In this document: piece by piece, positions 48,319 through 61,378 of the stretch
How the letters are laid out: each line of letters starts with the position of its first letter
How positions within the stretch are numbered: position 1 is the stretch's first letter
Source: Eledone cirrhosa
Taxonomy: Eukaryota
Assembly: GCA_964016885.1 (NCBI GenBank)
Contig: OZ024746.1
Location: 53,444,001-53,508,000, forward strand
Length of the DNA stretch: 64,000 nt
Reading direction: 5' to 3'
Notes under the pieces: model-generated
Databases searched by the model: none
What the model saw: the letters and a program-made list of their open reading frames with translations, nothing else
What the model was told of the DNA's origin: nothing
Translations under genes and position numbers: made by a program

Positions 48319-48322
<4 letters not shown>
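48175..48322 (-). mobile_element. SINE family A, diverged
   Basis: GACTGGTACTT...AGGATGAAAGACAAAGTTGACCTCGGCGAGATTTGAATTC. Confidence 0.75.
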
Positions 48323-48353
<31 letters not shown>

Positions 48354-48658
48354 TTATTGTTATACTTGGGGAGGGTCATATTTGTGTAATATTGCCAGAA
48401 TTAATAACAGAACACACTCACTGTTTGGTTGGTTTTCGCTTCTTGCTTCTGTGTCTTTTATATCGGTAATCTAACTTACTCGGTCCTCAATGTTGCCATT
48501 GACTGACCGACGGTCAAAAATAATACAGATACAATATAGACACAAACACATATATATAGTTTATCATAAATCTTTCGTTGCACATCTGCAACATCGTCAG
48601 TGGTGTTATCGTTTCCTCCTGTTGTATTATATGTCTACGCCATTTTAATTCATCGCCG

Positions 48659-48704
<46 letters not shown>

Positions 48705-49244
48705 GTATTTATTCCCTTAAATGTATGTGTTTGCGTTTCCCCTAAAGTGTGTGTGTTTGGTACGTTATATATTTAAAAGAAACCAACATAAACAAAACGG
48801 GAATTTGGAGGTGAGTTGTTGAAAGGGTATATGCTAGGTGGAGGGAAGTACAGTAAGTAAGGTAGTGGTGGTGGGGACTTGAATTTAAGGATGAGGTCAG
48901 TAGATCTAGGTCGAGTGTAGGAAATTTGGAAAGGAGGCTGGAAGAGAAGAATGGGGAGTGGGTAGATAGATGGAATGAAGGGATACTCTTTAAGGGTAGA
49001 TTTTAATGAATGGGTAAGGAAGGGCTGAGAATTGGAACACATGCATACAAACTCACATTCAGATACAGATAGACAGAGATACAGACACACAGACAGATAT
49101 ATACAAACAGGCACACGCCTGTACATTGAAGTGGGCGTAACAAGAGGTACAAAAAGTTTGTGAGGAAGACAAAGTGTGTCTGTGAAAGAGAGAGAGGAGG
49201 GGCGATAACACATGCAAAAATATATAGATGAATAGATACGTAAA

Positions 49245-49282
<38 letters not shown>

Positions 49283-50179
49283 CTGTGTGTGTATGATCGG
49301 CTCTTTTCTGAAATCCTGATGTGTGCAGACGAGTTGGGAGACCAACTATCACAGTGACGGCTGTTCTTGAAGAAGACACCGGGTCGAAAGCAGGGGAAAT
49401 TCAGTCAGGGTGGTCTGAAGGAAGAACTTTGTCATAGCACCGGTAACGAATGTGTGTGTATGTATGTATTATGTATATATATATATTCCGATGATTTGAT
49501 CAGAGACACACACTGTATTTAAGGTCCAGTGACGTAATTTCGAGTGATCAGCGGCCGCTAGACTCACCTGATCAATGAAACAATTGTTAATACTGTAAAT
49601 AAAACCCTTTTGTACAGCCGACCATGTTATTCTTCACTCTTTCACTATATATATATAAGAAAATGAGGTTTTTTATTAAAAAAAAACGAGATGTCCTACA
49701 CCGGTGAAAATCTAAGGAAAAGAAATGAAAAATGAAACTGAAGTCTTTTTAAGAATATGTATTTATTTCCTTTACCGGTTCTTACGCTTTTCAAAAGTAT
49801 AATTGAGATGGAGGGTTTGTGGTTTATACAAAGAGAGAGAGAGGGAGGAAAAAGGTTCATAGATAATTGACAGATAGCGAGACATATATACTAGAGATGG
49901 ATCGATCGATAGACATATCGAAACAAAGAGAGGAGGAGGTGGAGTAGAAATGGGTGGACATAGGATACACACGTACATACACGCACTTGTAGATAAATAA
50001 GTATACATGCATGCATGAGATTCCATCTAATGAAGCTTAGAGTACATGCTCTTTGCTGAAATATTCTGGCCATGTTGTAAAAGATTACATTTTTTACACA
50101 ATATTTTTTTTCTAAGTATTGAATACTTTCTGTTTGCTTGGTACTGCTACAATCACCAGATCAGAGCCCAGCACGCACA

Positions 50180-50490
50180 CAGAGTCGGATTTAATGGGGG
50201 CAAAGGAGGCAATTTCTCCGGACTCTCTGCAGTGTGTGTGTGTGTGTGTGTGGGGGGGGGGGTTACCAACGATGGCCGTAGAAATTTATTTGTGCCCTCA
50301 GATGAGCTCTTTAGTTTGAGGGTGGTTAGAACTTTTGGAATTTAATACCTGTATGTATAACTTTTCAATTCCAATTACTTGCGCCTAGCTGACTTTGATA
50401 TGCAAAAATTGGAGGGGGGGGGGGGGGTCTGTGTATTCTAATTTTTGTGTATGAAGTACCAACCCACCCCCAGGTCTTAATCCAACCCTG
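50180..50490. mobile_element. hAT-type MITE
   Basis: Ends CAGAGTCGGATT / AATCCAACCCTG; imperfect 8-bp TSD CACGCACA / CATACACA. Confidence 0.6.
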
Positions 50491-50608
50491 CATACACACA
50501 CACACACACATATATATCAAATGTGAAATGCGTGCATATCTAGTATAGGCACATATGGTAGACATATATTATATGCACCTGCCTGACATTGGGAGCAAAT
50601 AATTGTAA

Positions 50609-50659
<51 letters not shown>

Positions 50660-50691
50660 AGAACAAAAGATGGTTAAAAGAGTTCCATGTA

Positions 50692-50758
50692 TTTTATTAT
50701 GCGCATTTCAAAAACAAATATCATCATGCAATAATATTTGTGTTTTCATCAGATAAAA
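50692..50758 (-). ncRNA. Type I hammerhead ribozyme (PLE2 3' pLTR)
   Basis: TTTTAT CTGATGA, long stem II (ACAAATATTA/TGATATTTGT), GAAA TGCGCA TA ATAAAA; palindromic stem III, AUA site. Confidence 0.85.
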
Positions 50759-51035
50759 CAGGAGGTTAAAAAACACTTGTGGATAGTTCAGTTTTAAATC
50801 AACATATGAGAAGTAGTTTGATGTGTGATATTGGGAAAAATATTTTATTTAGAGGGGGGGGGGGTGAAAAAAAGGAGATGAGAGTGAAGGTGGAGAGGGA
50901 GGAGAATAATGAGGAAGGATGAGATAGGAGGAGAGATGGGTGATAGAGAGAGAGAGATAGCTTTTATAACTGAGAAAGATATATTGTTTTACATAGAGAG
51001 GTTGAAAACCGTTGGAAGATAATGTATAAATTAAA

Positions 51036-51612
51036 AGAATTTGAAAATTAACGAAGAGAAAAATAATGTAAAGTTAAGGTTTGTATATTGAGGGGTTTGA
51101 TAATATGTGCGAAGAAAAAAGAAAGAGTTAATATGTATTGAGAATAATGAGTTAGATGATAGGGAGAAAAGAATAATGAATTGAGGATGAATAATCTGAC
51201 GTAAAAAAAAATGTGTATGTTTACGAAGGATTTTTACAAGGTGATATAGAGTAAGAATGTGTTGTATTATGTAATAATTGATTCTATGTTAGGCAAGAGT
51301 GAGAAAAGGTACAGATTAGGGGTTATATATTAGAAGAGAAGAAAAGGAAGTGATAAATATGGGTGATGTAGAAAGAGTAAACAAGTATTATAGAATTTGA
51401 AAATTAACGAAGAGAAAAATAATGTAAAGTTAGGGTTTGTATATTGAAGGATTTGATAATATGTGCGAAGAAAAAGAAAATGTTAATATGTATTGAGAAT
51501 AATGAGTTAGATGATAGGGAGAAAAGAATAATGAATTGAGGATGAATAATCTAGCGTCAAAAAAAATGTATATGTTTACGAAGGATTTTTACAAGGTGAT
51601 ATAGAGTAAGAG
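51036..51612. repeat. ~220-bp direct duplication in PLE2 3' UTR (51036-51256, 51393-51612)
   Basis: AGAATTTGAAAATTAACGAAG...GTGATATAGAGTAAGA occurs twice. Confidence 0.85.
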
Positions 51613-51744
51613 TAATGAGTAAACAAGTATTATAGAATGTATAATAACCTTTGAAATAAGGTAGAAAGATGGGTATATTTTTAAAAGAAGTGTATATATA
51701 TGTGCCTTTGAGAAAAAGATTCTAAATTGATAAAGAATTGAATA

Positions 51745-54140
51745 TTAGCTGTATACTTTGTGAAATGTTTTATGGAATTTATGCAAGCAGATAGAAAATA
51801 AGTCAGTGCGTCTATTTATTATAGAATCTAGATTAGAGATAATGGTAAATTTTTCATTTAGACAGAGATTGCAGATTTTAGATAGAGAACTGTTCAAGTA
51901 TGAAAACGCAGAAGAAACCTTCTTCCAAAAGATGCTATGCTATATTTAATGTTTTTGTCTTTCAAGGACCATATGAGTTCTGAGAGAGCCGTGTTGGTTC
52001 TTTTAAGTTTGTATTTAAAAGACGAATGATGGTTATAAAGACAAGCTTTAAAAGAGGTGGAAGTGGAGCCAAAATAGGTGAAGGAATTGGTGTCAGTTAT
52101 AACTTTACATTCGTAAATTAAGTTTTTATCAAGACAGTGGTTGTTGAGAGGACATTTATTTTTAATAGGGCAATTGCAATTGCAATTAGAGAGATTATTA
52201 ATGAGTGACCTAGTGTTATCTATAGAAGGAATTGGATTGGAGAAGTTGTTTGCGATGGGAATAATAGTTTCTTGATTTAGAATGGGATTATGAACATTTA
52301 GCGAAGTTGTGTTTGACGTTGTATTTGGGTTTGTAGAAATTAGCCTAGGGTTTACAATGACGTCGGGAGTACTATTATTATGAAATTCAGTGTTGGAAGG
52401 AAGAGATTTAGTATTTAGTATTTTATTGTTGTGTTTAGAGATAATGTTGGAAATGTTGGAGGATGTAGAATAAGAAAATTTTATGGTGTGTTTGTTAAAT
52501 ATTTTACTATAGATATGTGAGGGAGGGAAGCATTTATTTAAGGCACTAAAGAATAATTTAGGAATATTGTTATTAATAGAGATGGAGAAAGGAGCATTAT
52601 ACCAGATTATGTTTTTGTATCTAGGTCTTTTATTAAAGTTATTGGAATGATCATGATTAATTATTCTACTGTAATTTCTTCTAGAATTTGTTTCTTTACT
52701 ATATTTGATTTTATCAGGATAGCCGGCTTTAGAAAGCGTGTTATTATAGTAATTGGCGTTAGCATCAAAGATGTTTTTATTAGAAGATAGGTTAGATATT
52801 CTTTTTCCAATATTACTAACTATAGCATTCTTGATATTAGTAGGATGGTTAGATTTAAAGTTAACATAATTTAGGTTCTCATTGTTTTTATGGTAAGGGT
52901 AATATAGGCCAGTGTCAAGATTAAGAGATACATCCAAGAAATTAGCTAGTTTGATACTGTTATCAAATTCAATTTTTAGGTTATGTTGGTTAAAGAGATT
53001 ACGTATATTGTTCTTAATAATATTAAGGTTAACTATATTGCAATTTAAGATAGTAAAGAGTCCATCGTCACGATAAATTCCACCGCGAAGTTGAGGAATT
53101 TTCCGACTCAAAGAGTTCAAAATAAAGATACCAATTAAATCAGTCAATTGGGATGAATCGGATGCTCCCATTGGGATGTCAAAGTTGTTAGAGGTATCGG
53201 CTCTGGTCCAATATTCGTTGTTGAACTCTAGGATGGTTTTACGTGCGGTGAGAATGATGTGAAGTTCATCTGTGGTGATGTCAGAATATTTAAGTGCGAA
53301 AGATAGAGCATTATTGAGAAGTGAAGGCGAAATGGAGGAATAGTAGCTGGCAATAAAATTGAACAAATTTTAGTTTGTTTTTATTATTCAATTTGTTGAA
53401 CCAGCTAATCACTTCAGAAGTACCAAACCATAAATTTAGGTTCAAAGAAGAGCAATTAGAACGAACCTGTGGGATAATTCTATCCAAGATGGCTTTACTA
53501 ACAACCCCCAGATCAGATTTAGAGGGGCGATTAATCTAACAGGTAGTTCAGTGCGAAAATTGTTTTTGTGATCATTGAGATTTATCCTCGGAGTTCTTGG
53601 GAGGAATGGTTCTGTCTTTTTTTCAATGCCAAGTTTTGACATAATCTCAGAGGCTTCAAGGTTTATGTATTCTAAATTTTCATGGTTGGTTTTACGATAT
53701 TTTTTCCTAAGTTCCTTTAGGATAAGGTTGTTATAATTATCCTTGGAAATACCATATAAGTTATTGGTTTTGTCAGAGTGGACTAAAACATTTTTTGAGG
53801 AATTTAGGTTAGAAATTGTGTTCTTGAGATTTACAAGGTGCTCTTGTCCTTTGTAAGGGTATCTCTTGAATTTAAGATTTTTTATTATTTTAGTTAACTC
53901 TTCCTCGAATTGCACTAGATTTTTGTTGGAAGGAGGATTTCTTCTAGAATTAAATAGATGATCGAGGAAGTTATGTTCTTTGGTATAGAAGTTCCCTTTT
54001 AGGCGCTGGTCATAGAAATAGGCTGTCCATCTAAGTCTTCTTACGAAGGAGTCAGTTTTTTCAATTAGAAGTTTGGTGAATTCAGATTTACCAGGTATAG
54101 GAATGTCTTTAGTTGAATTGGTTATGTTGTAATAATCCAT
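51745..54140 (-). pseudogene. PLE2 RT/GIY-YIG polyprotein, three frameshifts
   Basis: RRLRWTAYF, SDKT, PMGASDSSQ, GGIYRDDG, WYNAPF, CNCxxxxxCPLxxxC, NLIY..TYFGST, CNLC. Lesions at ~53522, ~53356 (loses the Asp of FDI) and a 5-bp duplication at 51934-51943. Confidence 0.92.
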
Positions 54141-54352
54141 GTTGTAGAAGAAGAAAGAAGTAAAAGACCACCAAAAGGTATCCAATATGAGAGTAAGCGC
54201 TCAACCGTTAAGGAGCAAGTTAATGTAGGAGGTGAGTTTTATTGTAATACAATAAAGCAATGCAGATATCGGATGAGAAGCACTCTACAGTTTGTAGGAC
54301 TGGAGTATACATAATATATAAGAACAAAAGATGGTTAAAAGAGTTCCATGTA

Positions 54353-54419
54353 TTTTATTATGCGCATTTCAAAAACAAATATCATCATGCAATAATATTT
54401 GTGTTTTCATCAGATAAAA
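54353..54419 (-). ncRNA. Type I hammerhead ribozyme (PLE2 5' pLTR)
   Basis: Identical to 50692-50758. Confidence 0.85.
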
Positions 54420-54542
54420 CAGGAGGACATGATATGAAGGTTAAAAAACACTTGTGGATAGTTCAGTTTTAAATCAACATATGAGAGTTTAAAACTGAAC
54501 TATCCACAAGTGTTTTTTTAACCTTCATATCATGTCCTCCTG

Positions 54543-54609
54543 TTTTATCTTATGAAAACACAAATATTATTGCATGATGATATTTGTTTTTGAAATGCGC
54601 ATAATAAAA
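54543..54609 (+). ncRNA. Inverted hammerhead copy with G5U core mutation
   Basis: CTTATGA instead of CTGATGA; the rest is identical. Confidence 0.75.
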
Positions 54610-54734
54610 TACATGGAACTCTTTTAACCATCTTTTGTTCTTATATATTATGTATACTCCAGTCCTACAAACTGTAGAGTGCTTCTTATCCGATATCTGC
54701 ATTGCTTTATTGTACTACAATAAAACTCACCTCC

Positions 54735-54804
<70 letters not shown>

Positions 54805-54807
<3 letters not shown>

Positions 54808-55000
54808 ATAATTGTTTCTACTATTGGCACAGGGCCAGCAATTATTCCAGTGTATTACTGGTACTTTATTTTATCGACCCCGTAAGGATGAAAGGTAAAG
54901 TTAACCTCGGCAGGATTTGAACTCAGAATGGCAAGGGCCGTAACTCTATGCGTCAAAGCATGGCGTCCGACCCTCTACCGATACTGCCAATCCATCGCCC
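54805..55000 (-). mobile_element. SINE family A
   Basis: Full-length match to other copies. Confidence 0.85.
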
Positions 55001-55006
55001 TATATA

Positions 55007-56010
55007 TAGTAATAATAATAAATTTGAAGACTAAAATCCAAAGAGGGCTCGATAAGGATAAATATATATCAAACCTATAAGAACCGTAGAGCTAATACTT
55101 ATTAAAATAACAGATTAAAGTTTAATCAAAGAATCGCTGCCTTCACCCTTAATGGGATCTTCTGAAACTAACAAAGTCAATCTGTAAACGCAGAAGTGGA
55201 TATATCAAAAAACGTTGCAACCGGAGGAAGACAGGAAGACGATACTTTGGTTCGTGGAAACGTTCCCTGGCAAAGAACGGGAAAAAACGAATATAATACG
55301 TCATTAATAGGAGCGGTGAAAAACAATTACACGCAAAGACAGAACCACGTTTATGGTATAAAAGAAGTCGTAGACTAATGTTCTCTTAGATGGTTCATAG
55401 AGACGTTCTCTGGCAAAGAACGGAAAAAACGAAGATAATACGTCATATGTGGAACGTGGAGAACAATTGCACGCAAAGACAAAACCACGTAAATGGTATA
55501 ACTGAAGTCGTAGACCAAAATTCTAACTAGGAAACCGAAAGAATCTCCGCTTCAGAGTTAAGAATAAAGTAAAAAATACAATACAGAGGTAATAGAAATT
55601 AAATAAATACATACACGCATGCAAATACGTACATACACAAGCATACGCGAAAACACTTGCCATAGGTATACAAAACCACGCACATATAAATATCTGTGTG
55701 TGCGTGTATACAAATAAATAAATAAATAAATAAACGTATATAAAAAAATACGTATATAACAAACGTGGTTCTGTCTTTGCGTGTAATTGTTTTTCACCGG
55801 TCCTATTAATGACGTATTATATTCGTTTTTTCCCGTTCTTTGCCAGGGAACGTTTCCACGAACCAAAGTACCATCTTCCTCCGGTTGAAACGTTTTTTGA
55901 AATATCCACTTCTGCGTTTACAGATTGACTTTGTTAGTTTCAGAAGATCCCGTTAAGGGTGAAAGCAGCGATTCCTTGCTTAAACTTTAATCTGTTATTT
56001 TAATAAATAT
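55007..56010. mobile_element. Family H foldback element (arms ~55099-55352 and ~55761-56005)
   Basis: Long inverted repeat, internal ~125-bp diverged tandem (55253-55376, 55392-55515), TA flanks. Confidence 0.8.
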
Positions 56011-56723
56011 ATATATAGACAATTTTGTAACCAAACTCCGCTTTGGTTATTTTGGAGTGGTTTATTTCACACACACACGCACGCACACACACATGTTTAT
56101 ATATACGTGTGTATTAACCATTAAACAATATAAGCACGTGCTTAGGTCACCAAAGGAAAGGAAGATGGCGAGGAAGTAGGTGGCGTAGCAGTGTTTTCCA
56201 GTGTTATGAATTATAATATTTTTTACTTTTACTCTCAAATGCTAAAAATGTGTACCATCTCCTAACCATTTACGCGAAGGCCCGGCCCGTGGGTTAGTGT
56301 GTTGAGTTCACAATCATAATGTTTTGTGTTCATTTTGGGCCAGAGTAACACGCTGTGATTTTGAGCATGGCACTTTTACGTGGCTTTTCATGATAGGACT
56401 GGGACATCTACCATTAAAATACCTGAGATATGTTCTACGTGGTTACAACCTCGTAAGAAACCAGCTAAACGTACATAGGTGCGAATTGTAGCAACAGCAA
56501 TATCATAAAACCGGGATCCCTATCATTAAAACAGCCAAGAAACCTATAAAATACAACCTCGTATGAGGGCAAACAAACATACCTACGTGTTAGCTGTAAA
56601 TTTCGTTTTCTCTTTTATAAATTTAATGAGTCACACACACACACGTCAGGGTCGATTCAGTTGGAAACTGATTAGACCATTACTCAACAGAGTACTCGAT
56701 ACTTGGCTTAGTAGAGTATGTTG

Positions 56724-56761
<38 letters not shown>

Positions 56762-56835
56762 TTGTATCCCGGGTTCAATCGGGGATAACCACAGTAAGTA
56801 AGGTACTCAATACATAGCAGAGTATAAATATTTAA

Positions 56836-56940
56836 TATAGAAATGGCTTCTACACTACCAACACTGTTTTATTCGAAGGGCTTTCCTGATGATTTCCTTC
56901 GAATGAAACAGTTCTAGTCATGTAGAAGCAATTTCTATAC
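56836..56940. repeat. ~105-bp hairpin element with hammerhead-like remnant
   Basis: TATAGAAATGGCTTCTACA/TGTAGAAGCAATTTCTATA and ACTGTTTTATTCGAAGG/CCTTCGAATGAAACAGT arms; CTGATGA...GAAAC inside. Confidence 0.6.
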
Positions 56941-56972
<32 letters not shown>

Positions 56973-57220
56973 TATGGCCGTTACTCTATGCTAATGTATA
57001 ATATTATCAACAACAATGATATAAACATATATTTAACGTGATCGTGGCGGTCTGTCCTTGGGGGACACTAGAAGAAAACTGATCTTTTTAATCTGTTATA
57101 TTATGTTGTGCACCCATTGTTTGGCTGTGATTAGGGCATATATGGGTCTTAATCTGGCTCTGACCTATATGCATGTATTCATATGTACTCATATTTACAT
57201 ACGTGCATACATTATATATA

Positions 57221-57696
57221 ATTGTTTCTACTTTAGGCACAAGGCCAGCAATTACCCAGTGAATTACTGGTACTTTATAATGTAGGTGGATTGGCAGAAT
57301 CAGTAGAGGGTCGGACGCCATGCTTGACGCATAGTTACGGCCCTTGCCATTCTGAGTTCAAATCCGGCCGAGGTTAACTTTGCCTTTCATCCTTACGGGA
57401 TCGATAAAATAAAGTACCAGTAATGCACTGGGTAATTGCTGGCCTTGTGCCAAAAGTAGAAGCAATTATATATAAAATAGGGCGGGGGATTGGCAGTATC
57501 GATAGAGCGTCGGACAACATGCTTCGCAGCATAGTGTTACGGCCCTTTACATTCTGAGTTCTAATCCCGCCGAGGTTAGCTTTCCCTTTCATCCTTACGG
57601 GGCCGATAAAGTACCAGTAATGCACTGGAGTCGATTTCATCGGCTATCCCCTCCCCCTTCAGATTGCTGGCCTTGTGCCTAAAGTAGAAACAATTA
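57221..57696 (+). mobile_element. SINE A cluster: inverted 3' tail (57221-57277) plus copies at 57284-57468 and 57479-57696
   Basis: Motif matches to family A. Confidence 0.85.
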
Positions 57697-58015
57697 TATA
57701 TATAGTGTAGGTTGTTAGGATCTATTAGCTCAATGGCTGAAACCCTTAGCTAGTGACAGAGAGATAGAAGGTTCGGCCACTGGCAACGTTTTTCTGTCTA
57801 TATGGGGTATTTACCCGATTTTCTAAGCATTTTATAGCAACCGACTCTGTTGACAGTTATTTTCCTGCGTCTGAGCATATTACATATCACTATGAACTTC
57901 ATAAACGCTCAGCGTTCCGGAAGTTCTAACCTTGCATACAATGTTTGTTTATATATATATATACACATGTATATTATACATACATATACACGCATATGTA
58001 TGTACACACAAATAC

Positions 58016-58199
<184 letters not shown>

Positions 58200-58204
58200 T
58201 GTGT

Positions 58205-58430
58205 GTGTGGCCGAGGGGTTACAGAATTGGATTCGCAATCGTGAGGATGTGGGTGCGATTCCCGAACCGGGCGATGCGTTGTGTCCTTGAACAAGACACT
58301 TTATTTCACGTTGCTCCTTCTACCTGGAGCTGCGACCGATAGATAGTGTTAGCAATTGGAAAGACCAATGGAAACATTGCTTCCTCGGTCCGATTTGACG
58401 AAAGATTTGTCGATATATGAGTCTTTGTTG
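58205..58430 (+). mobile_element. SINE family B variant
   Basis: Homologous to 32955-33106, with a longer 3' part. Confidence 0.75.
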
Positions 58431-59094
58431 TGTATGTATGTGTATATATATATATATATATCATAGATTGTGTTATAATGTAAAAATAGTCTTTTACAAT
58501 TAAATAGCTCAAAGAAGGGAAACTTTCCAAGCCGTCTAATATAATTGGATATATGAGAGGGATGAACACAGATATAAGTATACATGTGTTCCAATTGCAA
58601 ATGACCAAGTTAGCTAGGTTGAAAAATACTAATTTAAAACAATATGGTTTGCCTGACTCGATTTAACGTAATAAATCAATAAAAATAACAAACCTATATC
58701 GGGCAATAGCCTTTGATACCTGGACAGACCCAAAATCTGTTTCGCAAGAATTATAAAGTGAAAGCCAGAATTCCTGTGCTCATCTGTGGGTATCCAGGAA
58801 AATTCGTACCTTTCACTTCAAAGGATCTAAGAAGACTGAGAGATATGCTGATATAAACGCACATGTTGCAGTGCCTAGCGCGTCTCATACTCATGCCGCT
58901 AAAAATAGCAGCTGGGTTTATGAGACTAAGGTTAGCTCTACACATGGAGCCGAGAATATCATAGATTGAGTTAATTAGATGCAGGCCGAGGTTTTAGGTC
59001 GGGTCACCTGGATGAGGGTGTATGCTAAAAGAAACCGAAACATATAATTACTTCAGGATATAGCACTGATGATGTGTCCAAGTATAGGCATCTG

Positions 59095-59273
59095 CAGTGC
59101 CGGATTTACCATTGTGCTTAGGTATGCTTAAGCACAGGGCCCCGTTGGTCAGGATAGTGGTTGGGCATCTTCCTACCCCCACCCCCACAAAAAAATTTAC
59201 GATGAATTTTTCAAATGTTTGGGGCCTCCTAACTTAACTAGCACAGGGCCTCATTTGTCCTAAGTCCGCCCTG
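59095..59273. mobile_element. hAT-type MITE inserted in a ~95-bp degenerate tandem repeat (59000-59475)
   Basis: Ends CAGTGCCGGATT / AGTCCGCCCTG; TSD GGCATCTG / GACATCTG. Confidence 0.75.
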
Positions 59274-59644
59274 GACATCTGTAGACAGGTCACCCGCATC
59301 AGGGTAAGATCCTCAGAAATACTCAGTGACTCCACAATACAAAAGAGATCATGTGTCCAAGAATCTGCATTTGAAGTCGATCACCTGGATGAGGGTGTAT
59401 GTTGTAAGATCATAAGCACCAAGTGATTCCAGGTTACAACATTGATAATGTGTTCAAAGTTGTCCATCCGTGGAGGTGTGAGAACAACTTGTCTACTCGT
59501 CACGTCAAAAACGACGACAGTTTTATACATGATAAACAATGGTACGTCCGTTCAAAACGACAAGTGAAGATTAAATATTTATTATTTTGTGTTTTTTAAT
59601 AAAACATTACACTTCGTTCTCAGCTAAAAAGCCGAAACCAAAAA

Positions 59645-60050
59645 AATTGACTCGACAAAATGCACCCAGTTTAGCATTGGTGACTCGAGAAAAAGCGCCC
59701 AGCTCAACCTTGGTGACACGTAAAAAAGCATCCAGTCCACACTGGTGGTTGTGTTCGTGTCACGACAAAAAGCATCCAGTCCATATTGCTGGTTGTGTTG
59801 GTATCACGACAAAAAGCGCCCAGTCCACATTGTAAAGTTGTCGTATTAGTGTCACAACAAAAAGCACCATGTCCACACTGCAAATGTAGTTGGCGTTAGG
59901 AAGGGCATCCAGCCGTAGAAACCAAATCAGAAACAGTTCTATATGAGTAAGACACAGTATCCTGATCTGACTTGTCCCACAACAGGACAACACGTCTAAC
60001 CCATGCTAGCGTGGAAAAATGGACTTTAAACGACGACGATGATAATGATT
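59645..60050 (+). mobile_element. RTE-tail SINE/LINE 3' end with an expanded internal unit
   Basis: About six copies of CACGACAAAAAGCACCCAGTCCACA-like unit, then TTGGCGTTAGGAAGGGCATCCAGCCGTAGAAA...ACCCATGCTAGCGTGGAAAAATGGAC and a GAC/GAT tail. Confidence 0.75.
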
Positions 60051-61259
60051 AATGGATATTTACGTTGAGGTTCGGCAAAAATGAGTCACAACGGTGTATA
60101 AAAACATACAGACACTTGAGCTTTCAAAATGATACCTACGTTTTAAATCTTGTAATAGGCTTATTGATTCAATGAAAATGAAAGTGTCATTTTACTTATA
60201 TATTACAACTCCAACACCGATTTTCATGTACCGTTGGATGCAGACGCATGCCAGGAGTTAACAAATATTCAAAAACAAATAAATTTGATTCTCTAATGTA
60301 AGACGTTTAATGAGTTATGCTCCAAACAGCATCTTAATAGTGAGAATGTTAGTTATATTACTAAATCCTTCCAATTTCTTAATTTTGTTTTCCTAAATTA
60401 ATTGTAAACTGTTGCAAGGACACTTCCTATAGTTTCATTAGAAATGTTGTAACGAAAAGGTATACATGTATACATGTATACATGTATAAATGTATACATT
60501 TATCGAAAATCCTTCCATAGTAATTTTCTGTAAAAATCTTTGTTAAATCATACTCGGAATATGAGCATGATAATGAGATAGGTTATCATATTATTAAATC
60601 CATCCATATGTTTTATGCTTATCAAACTTAATTGAAAAGAGAAAGTTATATAAATAAATCCCTTCTGATTTTCAAAATTATTTCAAAATTATAGACAGTC
60701 TTTCGTTAGAAATATAGTAACGAAAGTTTTAAAATATTTTTCTTTTGTAAAAACAGTCCATTATAATTTTATGTACGGACTAGCTTAATAACAAGGAATC
60801 TAGTTATTTTAGTAAATCTTTCCAAATCCTTGATTATTTTCCAAAGGATTTGAAAGCCATAGGTAGTCTCTTTCATCATTAGAAATATGGTAACAAGAAG
60901 ATTAACTAAGCTGCAGCCATTTTACTTTCTTTTAGCAACGTTAGTCATGAAACTAGCAATGAGTCGTCGGTTTAGAGGTTGGGGTACTTTACATAGCTTC
61001 TAAGCAGACGATCTAAATACTGAGAATAGAACTGGCCCCAATAAGTGCGTATGTATGTATGTTCTGGTTTTATAATTTTATAAATTTTTACCAATAGAGA
61101 GAGAGTCGGTTTCTAACATAGATACAGGACTCTCTCATTGGAATTTAAACATCAACTAGGTAGATATGTATGCATGTCTGCATGCATGCATGTGTATGTG
61201 TTGAGTTATATGTGTGCATGTGCATATGCTTTGTATGTGTACATGTGTATATGCAGTTA

Positions 61260-61378
61260 TTCGATGCAGAATTTTTAGAATGTTATACATATTTTTACTG
61301 TTCCATTAATGGATTGTACTTGTAATCTCATAACTAGTCGTTTTCTTTCTGTTTCTGTGAAACCCAGCTTCTCAAGAA
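61260..61378 (-). mobile_element. 3' fragment of the RLE-type LINE
   Basis: Diverged match to 62910-63019. Confidence 0.6.

Larger units (their letters stand above)
50651..54739 (-). mobile_element. Penelope-like retroelement PLE2 (Naiad-like) with direct and inverted pLTR copies
   Basis: RT and GIY-YIG on the minus strand. 50651-50811 repeats 54312-54486; 54488-54739 is an inversion of 54223-54473; (TA)n on both flanks. Confidence 0.95.

Noticed and set aside
59000-59475. ~95-bp repeats as a coding repeat exon
   Set aside because: Stops in the frame I checked, variable unit length and a MITE insertion.
59645-59885. CRISPR-like array
   Set aside because: Degenerate units without unique fixed-length spacers, part of a retroposon tail, eukaryotic context, no cas genes.
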